Shown here piece by piece: positions 59,897 through 64,000 of a DNA stretch of 64,000 nt. How positions within the stretch are numbered: position 1 is the first letter of the stretch; every line of letters starts with the position of its first letter. The position numbers and the translations under genes are program-made. The stretch comes from an uncultured Thermoplasmatales archaeon (GTDB lineage: Archaea; Thermoplasmatota; E2; DHVEG-1), in assembly GCA_964581795.1 (NCBI GenBank), contig CAZOPW010000002.1:4979-68978 (forward strand), given 5' to 3'. Under the pieces are notes generated by a model. That model did no database searches. It was not told the origin of the DNA and saw only the letters and a program-made list of their open reading frames with translations.

Positions 59897-62611
59897 ATGG
59901 ATTTAAGAAATAAAATCATATACGTGTTCGTTGCAATAATATTTCTAATTGGCGCCTTTTTATTTATTCCAGGTATTTATACTGACCTGCTCTGGTTTGG
60001 AAGTCTTGGGCTTTCTGAGGTATTTATCACTATCCTTAATACAAAATTGATAGCGGGAATAACTTCAGCATTTTTTTGTTTTGCAGTCCTCTTCTTTAAC
60101 TGGTGGATTATACAAAGAGTTCTTACCAAACAAGAAATTAACATACAAATCACAATTAAAAAGATGATGCCATCCATCCTTGCCTTTTTTGCGTTGATAG
60201 TAGGATTCGCTTTTTCATCTCAATGGAATACCATATTAAAATTTTTCAACGCTACTGTTTTTAATGTTTTCGATCCTGTTTTTGGAAATGACATTAGTTT
60301 TTATGTGTTCTCCCTTCCATTTTATCAATCAATAATCGGATTACTTTTAGGAATCACAATACTTAGTTTTTTTATTTCATTATTATTTTATTTTTCATAT
60401 TCACAATCTTTTAGATTCCCTAATTTTCAAAATATTGAACAAAATTTCTTTAAAAACATGGGTAAGGATTTCAAAGGGAAAGAAAAGATTCATCTTTGTG
60501 CCCTAGCGGGTATTTTTTTCATCCTCCTTAGCATTTGGATTTGGCTTTCAAGATATTCAATTCTTTTTTCTGATGCAGGTGCTGTATTTGGAGCAGCCTA
60601 TACCGATATTCATGTCACACTTCCCGTATTAACTATCCTATCTTTTCTTTCAGGGATCATTGGTTTACTGTTTTTTAGTGAATGGAAAATACGTAATTTG
60701 AAATATCCATTCATTGCAATTGGCGTAATAATATTCATTTTATTATTTGGTAGTATCATAGGTTTTGCCGTTCAACAATTCGTCGTTGAACCAGATGAAT
60801 ATAATATGGAGAAACCATATATTGAAAGAAACATTAATTATACATTACAAGCCTTTGATCTTAACACGATTGAAGAAATCCCTTTTGAACCGAATTATAA
60901 TATGAGCTATCAGGAATTAAAGGAAAATACTGTGACTTTGAATAATATCAGATTATGGGATTATAGGGCTTTGAAAGACACATATGCTCAATTACAATTG
61001 ATTAGAAGTTATTATGATTTCAATGATGTAGATATTGACCGATATTACGTTACTGAAAATGAAACACAGAAATACTTCCAGGTTATGCTTTCTCCAAGGG
61101 AGTTAAATCAAGAGGATCTTGCTGAAAAAGCAAAAACTTGGGTAAATCAACATTTGGTATACACTCATGGATATGGTGTAGCATTAAGCCCGGTCAATCG
61201 AAAAACTCAAGAAGGTTTTCCAGAACTTTGGATTAAAGATATTCCACCAAAAACGGAGAAAGGGTTAACAATTGATAGACCTGAAATCTATTATGGAGAA
61301 AAAACGAATAATTTTGTCATTGTCAACTCCAAGACTGAAGAATTTGATTATCCAATGGGCGGAGAAAATGTTTATACCACGTACAATGGTTCTGGTGGAG
61401 TTGGTCTCTCCGGTTTTTCAAAATTAGCCTTTGCGTTACGTTTTGGCTCAATTCAAATTTTAGTATCTGGTTCGGTTACTGATGAAAGTAAAATTATGCT
61501 CCATCGAAATATACACGATAGAGTCGAAGAAATTGCTCCATTCCTCACCTTTGATTCTGATCCATATATGATTTCTTCAAAGGGGAACTTATATTGGATT
61601 ATTGATGCTTATACCACAACAAATAGTTTTCCTTATTCGGAAAGATACGGTGAAGAAAGGACAAATTATATGCGTAACGCGGTTAAAGTTGTAGTTAATG
61701 CTTACTCAGGAAATGTTTCTTTTTACATCATTGATAATGAACCATTGATTTCAACATATCAGAAGATGTTTCCTGATTTATTTTCCGATTTTTCAGAGAT
61801 GCCTGATGAACTAAAAAATCACATTCGATATCCAGAGGATTTGTTCACTATCCAGGCTGAAGTGTATTCGACCTATCATATGACCGATTCTCGAGTGTTT
61901 TACAATAGGGAAGACCAATGGAAAATACCAAATGAACTCTATTCAGGTAACACCATAAAAATGGAGCCGTATTATGTATTGATAAATCTTCCTGGTACGA
62001 ATTCAGAACCAAATTTTATCATGATGACACCTTTTACACCAAAAGGGAAAGATAATATGATTGGTTGGATGGGAGCGAAATCAAATCCATCTGACTATGG
62101 GGAAAAAGTAATATATCAATTCTCAAAACAAGAACTAATCTATGGTCCAATTCAAATTGAATCAAGGATTGACCAAGACACTGAGATTTCACAGCGAATG
62201 ACCTTATGGAGTCAATCGGGATCTAGGGTTATAAGAGGTAATTTACTTGTTATTCCTATCGAGCAATCATTATTGTACGTTGAACCAGTGTATTTGAGAG
62301 CTTCTGGGGCTAGTTCTATTCCACAATTGAAACGAGTTATTGTAGCCTATGGAGATAGGGTAGCCATGCGAAATGATTTAAATACCTCGTTACAAGCTGT
62401 TTTCGGTGAGCAGATAAATGAAACAATGCCTGATGAAGAACCAATCGAAGGGGATTTGCAGGAGTTAATAAATCAGGCGATAGATTTGTATGCAGAAGCT
62501 GAATCGCTTCTAACGCAAGGAGATTTTTCAGGATACGCAGAAAAGATTGAACAGCTTGGGGACGTTCTAAATCAAATAAACAATTTACAAGAAAATCAAT
62601 CAGGTTCGTAA
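59897..62611 (+). CDS. UPF0182-family large membrane protein
   Basis: 904 aa; about 7 N-terminal TM helices then a large extracytoplasmic domain; overall architecture typical of UPF0182. Confidence 0.45.
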   Translation: MDLRNKIIYVFVAIIFLIGAFLFIPGIYTDLLWFGSLGLSEVFITILNTKLIAGITSAFFCFAVLFFNWWIIQRVLTKQEINIQITIKKMMPSILAFFALIVGFAFSSQWNTILKFFNATVFNVFDPVFGNDISFYVFSLPFYQSIIGLLLGITILSFFISLLFYFSYSQSFRFPNFQNIEQNFFKNMGKDFKGKEKIHLCALAGIFFILLSIWIWLSRYSILFSDAGAVFGAAYTDIHVTLPVLTILSFLSGIIGLLFFSEWKIRNLKYPFIAIGVIIFILLFGSIIGFAVQQFVVEPDEYNMEKPYIERNINYTLQAFDLNTIEEIPFEPNYNMSYQELKENTVTLNNIRLWDYRALKDTYAQLQLIRSYYDFNDVDIDRYYVTENETQKYFQVMLSPRELNQEDLAEKAKTWVNQHLVYTHGYGVALSPVNRKTQEGFPELWIKDIPPKTEKGLTIDRPEIYYGEKTNNFVIVNSKTEEFDYPMGGENVYTTYNGSGGVGLSGFSKLAFALRFGSIQILVSGSVTDESKIMLHRNIHDRVEEIAPFLTFDSDPYMISSKGNLYWIIDAYTTTNSFPYSERYGEERTNYMRNAVKVVVNAYSGNVSFYIIDNEPLISTYQKMFPDLFSDFSEMPDELKNHIRYPEDLFTIQAEVYSTYHMTDSRVFYNREDQWKIPNELYSGNTIKMEPYYVLINLPGTNSEPNFIMMTPFTPKGKDNMIGWMGAKSNPSDYGEKVIYQFSKQELIYGPIQIESRIDQDTEISQRMTLWSQSGSRVIRGNLLVIPIEQSLLYVEPVYLRASGASSIPQLKRVIVAYGDRVAMRNDLNTSLQAVFGEQINETMPDEEPIEGDLQELINQAIDLYAEAESLLTQGDFSGYAEKIEQLGDVLNQINNLQENQSGS

Positions 62612-62875
62612 AAAGGGATTTTACTCAAAAAACAAGTCCGTTATATCAATTTCATATTTTCGAAAGGTTATAATCAATTCCTATTTATTAATGAAGAATA
62701 GAGAGGATGTTAATTGATTATTCTATGAATTATTTGGCGGTTGTAAATGATAGTAAATAACTGATTTATTAGTGAAAACGTTGAAAAAATCGTTTTTAAT
62801 TATTAATTTTCAAAAGTCTTCATCGAAAAATATAACAATAATCATATTATTATATTATTGAAAGGAAGTTTTTGT

Positions 62876-64000
62876 ATGATAAAAAAACAGATAATGCTTT
62901 TTATTGTGTTTCTATTGATTGTTCCTATTGTGCCAATATCTGGTAACATGAATATTATCAATATTGATTCTCATGAAACAATAGATATTCAGATAGAGAA
63001 CACAAAAGATAAGCTTTGTATTGTTGATACTATTATTGGTGATATTCATGTCACGTATTGGCAACATATCGTGAATGGTATTGAAGTGAAAAATGATTCT
63101 ATATTATTACATAAATCTAATGATAGTGGCAAAATCATAACGTATGAACGGAGTTGGACAGATATCGATGTTTTCTCTTCAGACTATTCAGAATTAGAAT
63201 TCAACCCATCCAATATTTTCTGGAAAAAGCTCGTGGTTTTTCCAGATGAAAAAGATTGTTCCTCCTTTTATCATTTTCAGGATCATGTCAACTATCCTTT
63301 GGTTTGTTGGGAAGTAAGACAAAGGGATGGATCAACAAGTATGTATAATACTGATGGAAAAGCTATAGGTTATGGTATTCCAACTCCACTTGAACAAGGT
63401 TTCTCAATAAGTAATGATTGTGATAACGGATTTGGGGATTGTTGGAAAAGCTGGAGACAGAATGCTGATAAATGGTTTCAGAAATGGTGTAATTCAACAA
63501 TTAATATTGGATTACCAACCATAGAAGAAATATCATCAAATATTAAAAATCATAATACAACTTTCTTTTTTGAATTAGGTCATAGTTATTATCAGCCAAC
63601 ACGTTTTTATGTTTCAAATGGACTCTTTTATAATGCATCTCATCTTCAAAATGATATGATCAGAAGGCAACCAATGAAATTCGCATTTATTGGAAGTTGC
63701 GAAGGTCTAAGAAGAATAAACTCGGGAACTTTATCTTATGAATTTAGAAAGGGAGAATTGAATAGTACAGTGACCGTTGGATATGTGGGAATGGCTAATT
63801 GTTCTGGCTGGGTTGTGTCTTTAGATTGGCAAGATTATATGTTTCAGCAAATGGATAATGGATTAACGATGAAGGAATCTTTTGATAAAGCGTGTGCTCA
63901 ATACCCAACTATTGCAAATTGTGTAAGATTTGTTGGTGATGAAGATCTCATCGTTGGAAACAATCCACCTTCTCTACCTAAAAAACCTTTGGGAAATTCT
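62876..64000 (+). CDS. Secreted protein, 3'-partial (runs off the window end); possible clan-CD (gingipain/C25- or C11-like) cysteine peptidase
   Basis: Signal peptide (MIKKQIMLFIVFLLIVPIVPISG). Putative His/Cys dyad contexts 'FFFELGHSYY' and 'FAFIGSCEGL'. The frame is open to nt 64000. Confidence 0.3.
   Translation, partial: MIKKQIMLFIVFLLIVPIVPISGNMNIINIDSHETIDIQIENTKDKLCIVDTIIGDIHVTYWQHIVNGIEVKNDSILLHKSNDSGKIITYERSWTDIDVFSSDYSELEFNPSNIFWKKLVVFPDEKDCSSFYHFQDHVNYPLVCWEVRQRDGSTSMYNTDGKAIGYGIPTPLEQGFSISNDCDNGFGDCWKSWRQNADKWFQKWCNSTINIGLPTIEEISSNIKNHNTTFFFELGHSYYQPTRFYVSNGLFYNASHLQNDMIRRQPMKFAFIGSCEGLRRINSGTLSYEFRKGELNSTVTVGYVGMANCSGWVVSLDWQDYMFQQMDNGLTMKESFDKACAQYPTIANCVRFVGDEDLIVGNNPPSLPKKPLGNS

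Overview
AT-rich (~33% GC) archaeal chromosomal segment, euryarchaeal in gene content (RadB, Nog1-like GTPase, L7Ae-S28e-L24e cluster, archaeal-type PheT, DGGGP-synthase-like UbiA, Sm protein), possibly Thermoplasmatota-like. It has about 50 protein genes and no rRNA, tRNA or CRISPR that I can support. The first ~30 kb is mostly housekeeping, the rest more accessory.

Housekeeping part: intein-containing SRP54 (truncated at the window edge), MOFRL glycerate kinase, AsnRS, type-II GAPDH, hutU-hutH, MscS, CorA, PheT-beta and a TtuA-like tRNA thiolase.

Accessory part: a complete ISL3-family insertion sequence with perfect 8-bp target-site duplications, and a 231-bp MITE carrying the same terminal inverted repeats and its own perfect 8-bp duplication. 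There are two giant surface proteins: a 1.5k-aa PQQ beta-propeller protein and a 2.3k-aa protein of three tandem parallel beta-helix modules. A three-gene operon encodes two GT55/MpgS-like glycosyltransferases plus a metallophosphoesterase. A divergent locus pairs an archaeal type-IV-pilus-like ATPase and membrane platform with an FtsK/HerA-superfamily ATPase and a membrane-anchored protein. The region also carries a sulfotransferase, a LarA-family protein, a PQQ-type sugar dehydrogenase, a C1-peptidase/PKD protein and a partial clan-CD-like peptidase.

Other points: a second histidine ammonia-lyase paralog has Ala-Cys-Gly where the MIO-forming Ala-Ser-Gly is expected. There are also GC/purine-rich hairpin islands and one structured GC-rich element in intergenic DNA. 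All functional calls rest on motif recognition by eye, since no database search was possible.
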